DNA of 64,000 bases from Podospora anserina. Its lineage: Eukaryota. The notes under the pieces are model-generated. The model was given only the letters and a program-made list of their open reading frames with translations, was not told the DNA's origin and did no database searches. The DNA is taken from the NCBI GenBank assembly GCA_017654855.1, contig CM030333.1, positions 4,960,001 to 5,024,000 of the forward strand, read 5' to 3'. Below are positions 38,032-50,600 of the stretch, piece after piece (within the stretch, counting starts at the first letter, position 1; each line of letters begins with the position of its first letter). Both the position numbers and the translations under genes were made by a program.

Positions 38032-39060
38032 TTACAACCAGCTCTTTGCGTTGTCCGCCAGACTCTCTTTCAGCTTGCGCCATTCGCCATTCCGGCTCAG
38101 TCTGCTCAGCAGCTCCTTGCCAACAGCCGTGTCGGCCACTATATGGTCTTCACCGTAGTTCTCAACCTGGGCCATCTTGTCGGCGTGCCTGGGAAATATC
38201 TCCTTCAGCATCTCGCCCATCTGGTAAAAGCCGTACCTGTCCCAAAAGGCATAGATGAGCTGCTTGTCAACAGCAGGAGAGGAAAACCTACGAGGTTGCA
38301 TCATACTCAGAATGCACACGTGTGCATTCTCCAGACCCAATGCACCATCCCCGCCGTCGACAGGATGCCCTGGTTCTTTGGGTCCAGGCACGGCCAGATC
38401 ACCTTATCCAACAACAGGGTGTTGAACGTGAAAGGCAGCTGCTCTTTCTTCTCCTCCACCCAGCGCCAAATCCTTTGCTCGATCAGCGTCTTCATGGCCA
38501 TGAACCTAGCCATACCCTCCTCGCTGGGACCGGCATGCTTGCCCCTTGACAGTTTGACAGCCTCCATATTCTAGGGGTTTTGGTCCAACGTCGTTGCTCT
38601 TTGCGACCGAGGTGTCCAGGCCGCCGGTCCGCAAGATTCGGGCATCTCGGTCTTGACTCGTTGGTCGAGCATACCGTCGGGCGTTGCATAAGTGTGGGAG
38701 GTTGAGATGCATGTCCGAGACTTGGGCATCATCGGCTATGATCTCACTCCTCACCCTTTCTCGTGGCACAGGGCTCCACATACATGCATTCGCCTCTTCT
38801 CCGCGGCAGGCGCAAGATGTGTTTCGAGTGTCACCAGGTGGGAGAGCCTGGCTATTTCCCTGTGTTTTGACAAAGGCATTGTTGTCAGCGCCGAATGGTA
38901 AGATAACAACTCGACTTAACAAAGAAGCTGTTGAGGCAGACCCACTGTCCCCCTGAACACCTTTTTCTTTATTTTGCAGCATCAGGAAGATTCTAGACAT
39001 GTGGTAGCACTCTTGGATTGCCCGCCGCATGAACTGGTTGCGCAGTTGTTCGTGGAACAT
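38032..39060 (-). CDS. Hypothetical multi-exon protein (exon structure unresolved, possibly decayed)
   Basis: Protein-like segments in different frames separated by intron-like signals (GTATGT/GTATGC donors, CTGAC branch, CAG/TAG acceptors). Confidence 0.4.
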
Positions 39061-39179
39061 CAGTGATGAGAATGTAACCAGCTCTAGATAGATAGGATAT
39101 TTAATTGGAAAGTGTTGCTGGCGGACTTGTCTTACTCTCCATCCCCTTTCCATTCATTCATCAAATCAATAATCCCATC

Positions 39180-39848
39180 ATGTGCTGGCCAACAGTTCCA
39201 AAGCACCCCTGGTGCGATTGCACCCTCGATGAAATTCTGACCATCGACGGCAAACCCTCATGCCCACACCACGTTTCGATATCTCCATATAGGCTGTTTT
39301 ACCACCCAGCTGAAATTTCCGAGGCGCTCTCAGTCATCATCCGCCCAGACATCCATTGGATTCCATGTGACTTTTACTACAGGGCTTCCAGTTACGCAGG
39401 AGTGCTAAGCCATAGAGAATGCTACCGCATGCAGAGAAGCCAGCACAAGCAGACTATTCCACCACCGGGTTACAAACCATTTCTTCTATGGGACGGACTT
39501 TGTGCTCAGTGTGGTGGATGGGGGGCTGGAAATGGGTACTCTCTTCCGTTGATACCGTTGACTTGGGCCCAGGTTGGTGAGCGCGGTCAGGTCCGGTATC
39601 GTTATCAGCTTCCCGATGGTTCACCACTACTTGACCGTGAGGCAGAGGCTGCTTTGACTGGTGCGCAGAGAGAGGAGGCGTCGGCTGATGAGATTGTATA
39701 CGTAAGTATGGATCAAGCTACTATTTACATGCTGCCTCTTGGGCCTGCTCCATTGCCGGACAATGTCATAGAGAGAATGGAGAAGTCTGAGCGTAGAAAG
39801 TCAAGGGCGGATAGGCTTGCGGATGTTTTCAAGAGTGTCTTTCGCTAG
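39180..39848 (+). CDS. Hypothetical protein with an N-terminal Cys/His domain
   Basis: Intronless 222 codons, MC...CDC...CPH...WIPC...C...LCAQC. Confidence 0.7.
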   Translation: MCWPTVPKHPWCDCTLDEILTIDGKPSCPHHVSISPYRLFYHPAEISEALSVIIRPDIHWIPCDFYYRASSYAGVLSHRECYRMQRSQHKQTIPPPGYKPFLLWDGLCAQCGGWGAGNGYSLPLIPLTWAQVGERGQVRYRYQLPDGSPLLDREAEAALTGAQREEASADEIVYVSMDQATIYMLPLGPAPLPDNVIERMEKSERRKSRADRLADVFKSVFR

Positions 39849-41203
39849 TGGCTTTCATAATACCTCACTGACAATGTAATGCCTTGGTACCACTCCAAGG
39901 TCAAATTAATAGATAATACCTGAATAATTCGCAATTTTCATACCTGTTTGCCCTTGGTGCATCTGTTCTTTCTTGCTGTTTATGCCCGCTACTATTCATA
40001 AATAAAAATATTCAACCTTCAGATTCAAACTATCTACCTAGTCTAGGCCCTTCCATAAAAGAAGCCAACATTTTGAGTGCCGAATGCCTGCCGCTGAATA
40101 AGCGCTGTGTGACGTTGCCAGCTATCCATGACCCCCTGTCTGGAAAGAAAACACACAATGGCGATAAACACTGCCGACGAATCACCTCGCGGGTAATTTC
40201 CGCTGTCAGCAAAGATAGAGTGAGCCACGACGTCGATATGAAAAAAAAGAAACATTCCAAGGCTTGGGAGCTCGGCTGGCTCAACCGGCCTTGCAGCAGT
40301 GATGTTGGCAAGAAACAAGTCTTTTTTACCCGCAGCGGGCGGCACAGAAAAAATAGTATAGCACCAACCCCAGCATATATTGCTGCTTGTTTCTTGCAAA
40401 GAAGCACAGAAGCAAGCTCTAACCAACAGACCGGAAGAAGACAAAACCTTGCATGGCGACCCAACAACCGGAAGCCGGCAAAGGTCCTCTCGTCGAATTG
40501 GACGTGGCGAAGGGTAGTGTTGTACCACCACAACTGCCGAAAAAGGGTTCCGAACATAAATGCAAAAATGGTTCTTGCTTGCTTGGGGCTAGAATCATCT
40601 CTGGGTAAAGCGGATGGGCGTCGTCATGCTGTGGTTACACGCGGTAGAGTAAACGTTGTTTGGCGACCACTAGATTGTATTTACCCGTGCGTTTAAACAC
40701 AACCCATTCTCGCCGGACGACCCGATTCGTCCCCCCATAGAGAGCACACTGTCGCGAACGGAGATTAAAAATCCGGGGAACGCTTGGCGGCAGGCTTCGC
40801 TTGGCTATCAGTCTGGTTACTCGGCCCAATCACGAGTGCTGTATCTGTGTTCCGGCAAGCTTGAGTGGGTATGCTCATGTAGATGAAGCTATACCGGTGA
40901 TATATATGTTGCCCTCGTGGACTCGCCGCGGAGGCAGTGGCCGTGGTTGAATGCTGGTGATGCGACCTGGATATTGATTGTCGCATCACTCTTTCTCGAA
41001 CCTGCCCCACGGAGAGAGCCGACGATCCGGCCTGAAGGAAACCATGGCATGCAGCCGGGTCACAGTCTCGCAGATGGAGAGGGGAACGCGCCACTCTTGG
41101 AAGTAGATATCTTCGGCTTGAGCCGACCTTGGATCTTGGCCTGGGGCTCATCTCCTCTTTCTCTTGCAGTTGTCGTGTAGAACGTACATTGACGTTAACC
41201 ACC

Positions 41204-42541
41204 ATGGCCCTCAAGAGTTTGCTTTCCTCCCTGTTGCTGGCCCCTCTGGCCTTGGCCCATCCGGGTCACAAGGAGGCGGTCCACGCCCACCGCGCTCTTC
41301 CACTCGAGCGGAGGTCTCTTGACCACTGCAGCAAGGAGTTCAACAGCCCCGAGTTCATTCAGCGAACCGTCGAGATCAATGGTGCCGAGATCAAGAGGTT
41401 GAGGCGTGCCTTGGGCTACGAGGTTGACGAGAAGCCCAAGATCACTCCCCGCGACTACCTTTCCGTCTCGAGAATCGACCACAAGAGCAACAAGACGGTC
41501 ACCGAGGGCATGGACCTTTCCACCCTCTTCTCCAACTATGGGGCTTGCATGCTCATGCCTGTCGTTGACGAGGGACCGTTGTGTGAGTGACTTGGTCGTT
41601 GAAAGCGTGGATGCTCAGGTATTGACTGGTTGATAGACGTCAAGGGCGAGGAGATCCGCAAGAACATCACCAACGGCGAGAGGGGTATCAAGATGACGCT
41701 TGCCATCCAAGTTGTGGACTACAAGACATGCCAGACCGTCCCCAACGCCTACGTTGACATCTGGAGCTCCAACGCCACCGTAAGTAGCCGCAAAGCGCGA
41801 TGGAATGCTGGTGAACCCAACTGACATCGTGCAGGGTATCTATGTTGGTGTCCAAGGCTACCCCGGCATGGGCGACCCCAACGATGCCTCCATCCTTAAG
41901 GGCACAACCCTTCGCGGCGTGCAGCCTACCGACAGCCATGGTGTGGCTTCCTTTGACACCATGTTCCCAGGTCACTATGACGGTCGTGCGACCCATATCC
42001 ACGGTAAGCAGTTCCAACTGCAGCAAGTCAAGAGACAAAAAAGCTGACCTCTGATGCAGCCATCGTCTGGCTCGGAGCCACCAAGCACGCCAACAACACC
42101 CTGACTGGCGGTCGCGCTGCCCATATTGGTCAAATCTACTTTGACCAAGGCCTCATCACGGCCGCTGAGAGGAACGCGCCCTACAACACTAACCGCATGC
42201 CCATCCAGCAGAACACGCGCGACTTTTTGTTCCAGGCCGGCGCCAACGGTGACGACCCGATCGTCCGCTACTCCTTCATTGGCAAAGACGTCTCCGAGGG
42301 TCTCTTTGCCTGGATCCGCTTCGGTATCAACCAGCAGACCAGCCGCCCGCTCAACCCTGCTGCTTACTGGACTGCGAACGGTGGTGTCATGAACCCCACT
42401 GGTCCCATCTCCAAGCTTCCCGGCGGTGGTGGCGGCGGCGGTGGCTGGCCCGGTTTCGGAGGCGGTTGGGGCAAGCGCTTCGCTGAGAAGCTTGGTCGCA
42501 AGGTCGAGGCTGAGGCTGAGCTCCAAGAGGATGCCGAGTAA
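41204..42541 (+). CDS. Secreted intradiol ring-cleavage dioxygenase-like protein
   Basis: Signal peptide plus AHPG, EGPLYV, VDIWSSNATGIY, LRGVQPTD, FPGHYDGRATHIH, HIGQIYFDQ. Three introns. Confidence 0.9.
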
Positions 42542-42913
42542 ATTGGTAGGACCAGTCGCGGATGGCAATGGGTGACGCGGGGTTGTTTTGACGGGGTCGT
42601 TATGCTCTGGTGAAAATTAGGAACAGTACCGTACATAAGAAGAGATTTGGACGACATACCTTTATCTCAATGCTGATGAATTCTTTAATTTTACCGATTG
42701 GATATGCTGAAAGTGTTACGCGTGTTCGCTTTGGTGGAACTATTCAAGGTCGCTATTCTGTGAGGTTTGGAGGTTGGTGTGAGGTAACGCGAATTGAAGG
42801 TGCATGTGCTTAAAGTGAGCGAACTGTCAGGGGAGAAACGGCGGCTCATCATAAACACAGATTTTGTAGCAGCCGGCAAGCAATTCGCTACGACAGGTGA
42901 ACACACCTGTAAA

Positions 42914-42993
42914 TCTTCCGTAGTATAGTGGTCAGTATGTGAGCTTGTCATCCAACAACGCTCGAGACCCGGGTTCAATTCCCGGCGGGAGAG
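42914..42993 (+). tRNA. tRNA-Asp(GTC) with an 8-nt intron (42951-42958)
   Basis: Acceptor stem TCTTCCG/CGGGAGA, A box TAGTATAGTGG, anticodon stem TGAGC/GCTCG with GTC at 42947-42949, B box GGTTCAATTCC, T-runs downstream. Confidence 0.93.
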
Positions 42994-44938
42994 TCAGTCC
43001 ACATCATATCTTTTGCTTTTTACTTGCCATCTTCTTTTGGCAGATGGCAGCTGAAAGATTGTTGATCATGTGGTCAGGCATTCTTCCTGACCGAGCCGCC
43101 TCGGACTGTGCCGAAGATCCTGTGTCTTGAGATCACAAAGTCCGAGGGTTCTTGCCCCACTCAAGCCGAGATTATGGGTCTGATCGGCAGAGGTCCGGTC
43201 CGTCAACGGGAAGGTGGGGCACAGAACGCCGCCGCATAGCCGCGCTTCTCCCATGGCTATATTGGGCCCACGGGATCAAAGTGAATCATTCTTGATCTGG
43301 CGGTCTACAGACCGGGCTGAATTACCTCATACTCTCGCAATGGTTGCATATCATAGGGCTGTTGATTTGTCCTCCCCTTCGGACCAAAATCTGTCCGATC
43401 AGCGAACCTCGGGCCCACCTTCTGCCTTGTGATGGGTGCTTGCTCATGCACTGCCTCCCTACAAACTGATCCTCACGCGTGCGGCTGAAGGTGGTTATAT
43501 AGTCTTGATCTTGCTACTCCAGCATGACTGAGTCTAATCTCTCCTTGGTTGTGGGATTCTCACTCTTGACGTATATCAACTTCAGGTTCTTGCTCAAGTT
43601 AGGCACCTGTGTTCAACCAATCTTCTGACTCTCCTCAACTTGCAGCATCATGCTAGCATACGCTTACAAACCCTCGACAAACTTCTATTCCCCTCCAAGC
43701 TACATAGTTGCTCCAGAATATCCACTAGTACCGTGGGCTCTTGACACTCGGTCAATATTGACAGACACTGTCCGACCTGGAACACTTGGGCCGTTGGAGG
43801 TGCTGAAGCTGACACCAGTCGTCGTGGACTTGGTGCAGGGCGTCGCACAGGATATGGTGTTGGTTGCTCGGTAATGATCAAAATGTTGGACGTCTTGTCG
43901 TGTTTTGGCTAGATAATGGCATGCCGGGCGAGGGAAACATTGGGGGATGGTTACTGGATAACGGTGGATTAGAGGACTGCGAGCATTCAGGGTTTCAGGA
44001 GTCACTTTCAATAAAACAGGCACCTACCATATCCCTTCTTCTTACTGTAACGGCGTTATATCAGGGTTGTTTCTACAGGGTATAACGATAGATGCGTCAT
44101 GTGGGGCATGGGTTATGGGGTTATCTGGAGTCATCAGGAAGCACTGTGTCCCTTCTTTTCTTTATGTTCAAAGCCTTAAAAACCTCGAGATGTTTGCTTA
44201 CTTATGAATAAATGTTGATTAAACACGTTGAGAGAAGTCCTTTGTTTTTCAAGTGTCATTGTTACAACGAAAGACATGCTTCTTTCATATTGATCCTTTT
44301 AATTTATTATGCACTGTTATTCCCAAGCAAAAAAAAAGTAGCCGGAGATCCGGCAGGTTTCTGACCTTCCCCGCGAAGATGATGAGGTGGCTGAGAGAAG
44401 TCCGTTGGCCCCATTGTCAAATTACCCGTATCTAGGCTTTCTGCCTCGTGTGTATATGATACCTGATTTGTGGTCCGATGTTATAGATTCAACTATCTTC
44501 ATCACATTGATCGTCCCAAGGATTTCTTGAGGGGGGATAGAATTGACATGTCCAGCGGGCGAGGCCGAGCAGATTCACGTGCAAGTCACAATGGCGCGAT
44601 ACTTCTAACAGTAAACTAGGTGCCTGTATCAAACCAACTTTAAAGTGTGTGGATTGGCAGAGTCCGGACTTTCATCAAGCAATGACTCGCCCAACACTAT
44701 TTTCAGTTCGGCTGTTTCGAGGTAAGCGTCAGATGCCATCACGGTGTACCCGTCCAGCGCATCGAGATCTTGTGAGTTATTTCTTGCCCAGCGACATGCT
44801 TAGAACACAGAAGAATTCCTTACCTACTCACACTTCCCATGCCGTAGGTTTGGGATATGATAGTTAACTTTATACCACCTCCACTTCCATACACACCAAA
44901 ACCACTCATTTCGTGAAGAAACAAACAACAAGAAAAAC

Positions 44939-45748
44939 ATGTGCATAAAAGTACTCACCCTAACGGTCTGCATCTGCCCTCACCGAGACGACTCGTCTCT
45001 ATGCCCTCACGCCACCAACGTCCGTCTTTCACCCTTGGAGATCCTCGACGAACCATTCACTGCTCAAGGATGGGCAACTCGGCTGCCTACTGTTCTCCAA
45101 GGCCACGTGGACTGGAAGTTTCCTCAAGATCAGACGCAATGGGAGCATTGTCCTACATACAAGGCTCGTAATCGACACTCTTCTGACCATGGAACCAACG
45201 GAAGCAAGATAATCGCCGGAAGAGAGATTTCTTGCCCTGAGACCCAGGAGCTTGCTGGGAGATTGGATGGCCAGTGGACTCGGGTAGTCAGAAGGTTGTG
45301 TGAAGAGTGCGAGCATGGGCATGGGGTGGGAACGCCTGGTTTGCTGCCGCAACCACAGAAACAACGACAGGATAACCAAATGCCGAAGGTGGCATTTGAA
45401 AAACAACCCGTCGTGGCGTTGGATGCTGTCGGTGTCAGGAGAGCTGCTATCAGGAGGAGAGCGAGCATGATTCCGACTGCTGGCGGTCGTGAGAGATTGT
45501 CGGTCGTGAGCAAGACGACTAGTGTTAGGAGTGATGAGTCTTGCATTCGAGAGGGTTTGAGCGGTCGTATTCCTGTTCAACGAAAAGCGATCCATGTCGA
45601 TACAGGTGTCACGACTGGACTTCCTCAACAGGGTTGGAATCTTCGCGGAAATATGAATGCTGGGTCTAGCAATGGCGGGAGGTTGGGTTTGGTGCGGAGT
45701 ATTGTGGGAAGTCAAAAGAAAAGTCTGGTGTGGCAGAAAAGGGAATAG
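44939..45748 (+). CDS. Hypothetical protein with an N-terminal Cys/His domain and a basic disordered tail
   Basis: Intronless 269 codons, A-rich leader, MC...CIC...CPH...WEHC...CP...LCEEC. Confidence 0.72.
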   Translation: MCIKVLTLTVCICPHRDDSSLCPHATNVRLSPLEILDEPFTAQGWATRLPTVLQGHVDWKFPQDQTQWEHCPTYKARNRHSSDHGTNGSKIIAGREISCPETQELAGRLDGQWTRVVRRLCEECEHGHGVGTPGLLPQPQKQRQDNQMPKVAFEKQPVVALDAVGVRRAAIRRRASMIPTAGGRERLSVVSKTTSVRSDESCIREGLSGRIPVQRKAIHVDTGVTTGLPQQGWNLRGNMNAGSSNGGRLGLVRSIVGSQKKSLVWQKRE

Positions 45749-45919
45749 CGGTAATATATAAAATAAATAGAAAAGAGGCAAAAAATCATGAACAGCTTTC
45801 GGGTCCTAGACTGAACCAGGTACTCAGCAATGCGTGTCAGCATCGGTATGTTGGGATCTCATCTGGGCTTCGGGAGTGCTTATCAAGCCGTTTGTCGGAA
45901 ACCGCGTCTTTTCTTTAAC

Positions 45920-46170
45920 AGGGACTTATGATAAGCCTCCGTCCGAAGTGGTACCTTCCACATATTCCCTCTCCGCCGGTGTTCTGTCGTGGTCGTCGCG
46001 TTAACACTAAGGGTCGAAGGGGCACTTGAACCGTCGCCCCCCAGACTCGAACCCACAGCCTCTCCTTTCGAGGGGAGTGGCTGTCCCAGGGACCATTTTA
46101 TAGGACCACACTTTCGGTCTGAGACGCGTCGCTTGGTGACGCTGCACTACCACAAGCTGTTCTGTTGAAA
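45920..46170. ncRNA. Candidate structured ncRNA or tRNA-derived element with a Pol III B box (identity unknown)
   Basis: Minus strand carries GGTTCGAGTC (46054-46063). Several nested stems, and a TATA-like run at ~46191. Confidence 0.35.
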
Positions 46171-46711
46171 ACAGGAGACCAAAGCGACCCTTATAAATGG
46201 CCAGTGGGTGGGAGCAACTCGTGAGCTGACAGCTTCAGCGTCAGACGTCGTCAGGTGCCGACAAAACTCCAGCCAGTTGGCGGCCTGCTCCTCGCTCCTT
46301 CCCTTCCATTGTTAACTGTTCCTGCCAACACCGAGACTCAACACCGCTTTCCCCAAACTTTGCCAACAACAAAGTCCCAATGCCCTACCTCTGACGACAC
46401 ACTTCATTCATTCTTCGACCACATACAACTCTGTCTTTGGGCTCCTCTCCCCGGCTTTGTCGTCAAGGTTTACCAAGTTGTCACAAAACATATTATTCCA
46501 TTCAATCACAACCATTCAAAAGAGAATCCCAAAGTTGCAAAGCAAGTGTATATCTTATTTACTTCATCAGCATCATTCTATGTACAAGTATGTCCTCAGC
46601 TCATCTCATCTCTATCATGTCCCTCTCTGACTCCCTCCCATCTAGCTATATACCGTCCACATCGTCATCCCCTCATTCCCTCTCCTGGTCCTCCGGCTCG
46701 AAACCAGCCGC

Positions 46712-47657
46712 TTAGGAAGCGTTCTGGCGGTAGCTGGTCCAGAAGCTGTTGATTCTGGTCTGCTGGCCGGGGGTGAACTCCTCGTAGCAAGAATCGATGG
46801 AGTAGTCCATGTAGTTGTGGATGGGGTCAACACCGGCCTGGCTGGGGCAGGAGTCACGGCCGACAGGGCAGCCGGAAGAAGCGGAGGCCTGGGCGGGGGT
46901 GTCGGAGACGGAGTCACCGGCACCGGTGCAGCCGCCCTGGAAGGTGTGGTAGAGACCGAACCAGTGACCAACCTCGTGGGTGGCGGTGTGGCCGAGGTTG
47001 TAGTTGGTGGAGCTGCCGCCAGGGGTGGTGCTATAGAGGATGGTGCAGCCGTCGCGGATGTAAGCGGTGGAGCCGGGCGAGGCAGTGGTGGGGAAGTAGC
47101 AGTATCCCAAGTTACCACCCATCTTCTGGAGGAAGTAGAGGTTGAGGTCCTTGTAGGTGCCCTTGCGGAGAGCGCGCTTCATGGTCATCTCGTAACCCTT
47201 GGAGTCATCAGCCCAGTTGGCGTTGACGGTCTTGTCAGTGCCGGCGAGGGTGAAAGAGATGCCATAGGGGGCAAAAGCTGACTGGAGAACGCTGAACTGG
47301 TTGTTGATCATGGTGTCCTGTTGATTTGGTTAGCTACCTGGTGCTGACACCTTTCCAGGGCCTCGAAAGTCGAGCACTTACGGTGAGGTAACCACCGCTG
47401 AGGGCAGTGGAAGCAGCCACAACGTGGATATAGACCTTGACGGAGATGGCCTGGGCGGTAACATCACGGGCAGTGAGGTTGCCGGAGCGGTAGGACTCGG
47501 CGAGGGCCTGAGCTTCCTCAACAGCGAACTGCTGGGAAACCTGGAGGAGCTCCTCGGAAGGCTCGGGGGCACCGCAGCCGAAACCGCGGGAAGGTTGAGG
47601 AGCCGCAAAGGCAGTCTGGGCCAAACCGGCCGCGGCGAGAGCGAGAGAGAAACGCAT
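46712..47657 (-). CDS. Secreted zinc metalloprotease, peptidase M43B (pappalysin-like)
   Basis: Signal peptide, propeptide Cys (GFGCG), [23 protein letters not shown]et-turn. Intron 47318-47381. Confidence 0.95.
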
Positions 47658-50600
47658 CTTGAAGTTGGTGCAAGAAGAAGGACCGAGAGGAACAGGCAGA
47701 TCAGAGAATGAGTTGAAGAGCTGAGGGCTGATGCTGATGCTGCTAATGAACTTCAAAACCGTTCGAGGGGGGATCTCGTCGTCCTTTTATGCTACCCGAT
47801 CCTCTCTCTGGCCGTGAACCGGACGAGCGATGTTCGGCCTCGGAGTCGCGCGCTGGATGGAGGATCTGGGGGGCAGCTAGGTCCAGTATCGGGCCCATGT
47901 CAACAATGGGAAGGTGGACTGGCCAAGACCGAATAGGGGCCCCCCCGAGCTGGAGGTGTGAATACCTGGCAAGTGGTCACGCCTTGATCTGGGTCAATGC
48001 AACACTGATTGGGGAACAAGGCGAGTGGAAGACGACTTCCTTCCTGATCGGATTCTAGCCCACCCTACTAGAGAGGAGAAGCACACTAGAAGGGCTTCGC
48101 TTGATAGGTCCCGGCTGGGCTTGTGGGTGTGTGGACATGGGACTGTGGGTGCGTGTAGCAGTTCCAGGACCACCACTCTTTTATTCAGCTTTGCCTCTCT
48201 GGTCCGTCGACATGAGCTGTGTGGCTGACCACCCATTCGTGCGCCTCCTCCAGCTTCCTGCTGGAATGAGTCCTCGCCAACTTCCCCTTGGGTCCAAGTC
48301 ATCCGTAGTCCTGGATTGATCCATCATTTGCCCCCTGGGGTCCATGGTGGGTGGGTGGGAAATGGGAAGGGGCGTGATAAGCGGGTAAGCTGTCCAATCC
48401 AAAGGCGGTGCTGAGCAGTTGGACATCCACGACATCCTCCACAGGTCCCCAATGCATGACATATGCGGTCAATACCGAGATTGTCCAACAGGACCGGTAG
48501 TTGGGGACCAGTTGCCCAGGCGTGTGGGAAAAAAGAAAGGAGCGTGGAGAGATCGGAACGGCACTTGGCTGGGACGCCGGGGCCTGGCTTGGCGGACTTG
48601 GCTGCGACCTCCCTGATCGGGAAGCTGCCGATACGAATGGGACGAAAAGGAACGAATCTTGTGAATGTTGGAGATAAACCCCCAACAGCGCGCTAGCCAC
48701 TGTCCAGGCAGGAAGGAGTTTATGCGTGTGCGGGGTGTGTTTCGTGATGCTTGGCTCCTCGTGCTCTTCTCCTGGCGGCCGTTGTCAAAAACGGACATGT
48801 CCACTGAAGATCGGCAGTGAGGGGAGGACCAGTCGAATGGCATTAGTGCCCGGCCTTCCATGTTGAGAATCCCATGCCGGAGCTTCTGCTCAAGCCATCA
48901 CACATTCCACGGCCAACTTGTTTGAGCGATTTTCGACTTGCTGTGATTCGAGGATGCATGTCGCACTTCGCGCTGATGCCATCCGGGGTCCAGATGCACT
49001 GTAATCGTTGCCAAGGCGCTTCGAGTGGGATGCATCACTGTCACTCACCCACACTGCCTGCACAGAACTTTTCTGGAATGAAATATCACCTTGGGCTTAT
49101 CACGACCACTTCTTCATTGATGGTCATAGAAAGCCAAACCCCATCTGATAACAGAACGCCTCGCCATCACTCCAGGTCAATCTGGTGGCAACGTTCCCCC
49201 TGTTGAACATGGGCTTAGGGCCAACGGTGGCCTGCTAGTGTCCAGTCTGCGGGCCGCATCCTTCGCCTTGAACGAAATAAGCACTGTATCTCCGTCCATC
49301 TTGGTGCTAGTCTCAACCGCAATGCGGGGGTCGTGGGTGGACCGCGGGCATTGTTGCCCATGATTCACGATATGAATCTGCTTGATATCGAACGCTACCA
49401 GTGTTGTAACAGATGATTAGGTACCTATCAAAACTGCTACCTTCTACATTCTGGCTGTTTGGCTACCGCTGCTATTGATAGTACTGTGACGAACTGTGGT
49501 GCCAGACTGTGAGCGGGTGATCTCCGTCATTCGACAGAAAATTGATTGCTCTGCATGGATTTGCGCAGGGACTTGGATTCTTGTCTTCAGCTTTTCCGGG
49601 AAACCGGGATCCGATCTGGTCTGAGACTTCATTACACGCTGATTCGTGACTGGAATGTATCGATGCAATTTCAGACATTCCAGCCCCGACAACCTTGAAT
49701 TGACCCAAGACATGTCTATAACAGGCGAGACACAGCCCAGTCGAGCCCAGTTCGTCGGATTTCCATGACGATTTGGGATCGTGAGTCATGCGCACAGAAC
49801 AGTGCCTGAACCACACGAGCGTGGGACGGTTTTGTCTCGAGTACACGCCATAAAGAACAGCATCCGGGATTCCCAACTTTCAGTTGTGGATTACCTTAGG
49901 TACTCGAAGCCTTCTTTCGATAGTTGTAGGTAGAGTGCATCCAAAATGGCAGGTGATTATGTACTTTCCTATTCTTCTTGGTCCAATGGCCTCAGTTGAC
50001 GGAAATGGGGAATTAGGTACCAGTGAGAGATAGGTGCGGATCTTGTGGAACTGTCAACACGTCCAGCAGCCTCTACGATATCTTTAGATAAGAGAAGCCG
50101 AGGTGATCAAAGGACAGCAGGACTCGGACTTCCACGATTGGACATTGACCAGGGCGGCGCTGTACTACCCACAAACCGTACGTTAGATACAGCGTGGGTA
50201 GGCCTCTGTCGGAAGAGGCGTGGGGGCGGGAGGACCCTTTGGCGTAGTGGGCCAGGCCCGTGATGCAGTCATTTCCGTCTCACTGTATGTGAAGCCAATG
50301 GTAGGTAGACCTGTGGGTGACCTGCCTCATGCTCTTCCCGCCCACCCTCCCAGCAAGCCACAGCTGCGCGGGGGCGGCTGCACTTGTGGAGGGCTTCATG
50401 CAGGACTTGGCAGGGGCGGGTTTCTGCCCTCCAAGCTCAACTCATGTACTTTGCTGCTATCGTTTTCACTTCTGCAGTTCAGCCATAGACCATTAATGGC
50501 ACAATCAACTGCATGTGTCCACGACTGCTGGCAGGCATTGCTGATTAGGTGTTGTCGTTCTCAAGCTCAGCTATCTCGAATTAGCAATTACACTTGTCAT

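Noticed and set aside
40060..40910. Telomerase RNA as the identity of the structured region
   Set aside because: I found no TAACCCTAA-type template on either strand.
43500..44030. Thr/Ser/Cys-rich minus-strand fragment (CATPCTKSTTTGVSFSTS)
   Set aside because: It could be a relic of a secreted protein, but it has many stops and too little evidence.
46085..46110. cagggaccattttatagg resembles U3 snoRNA box A
   Set aside because: No C', B, C or D boxes follow at the expected places and there is no matching first exon.
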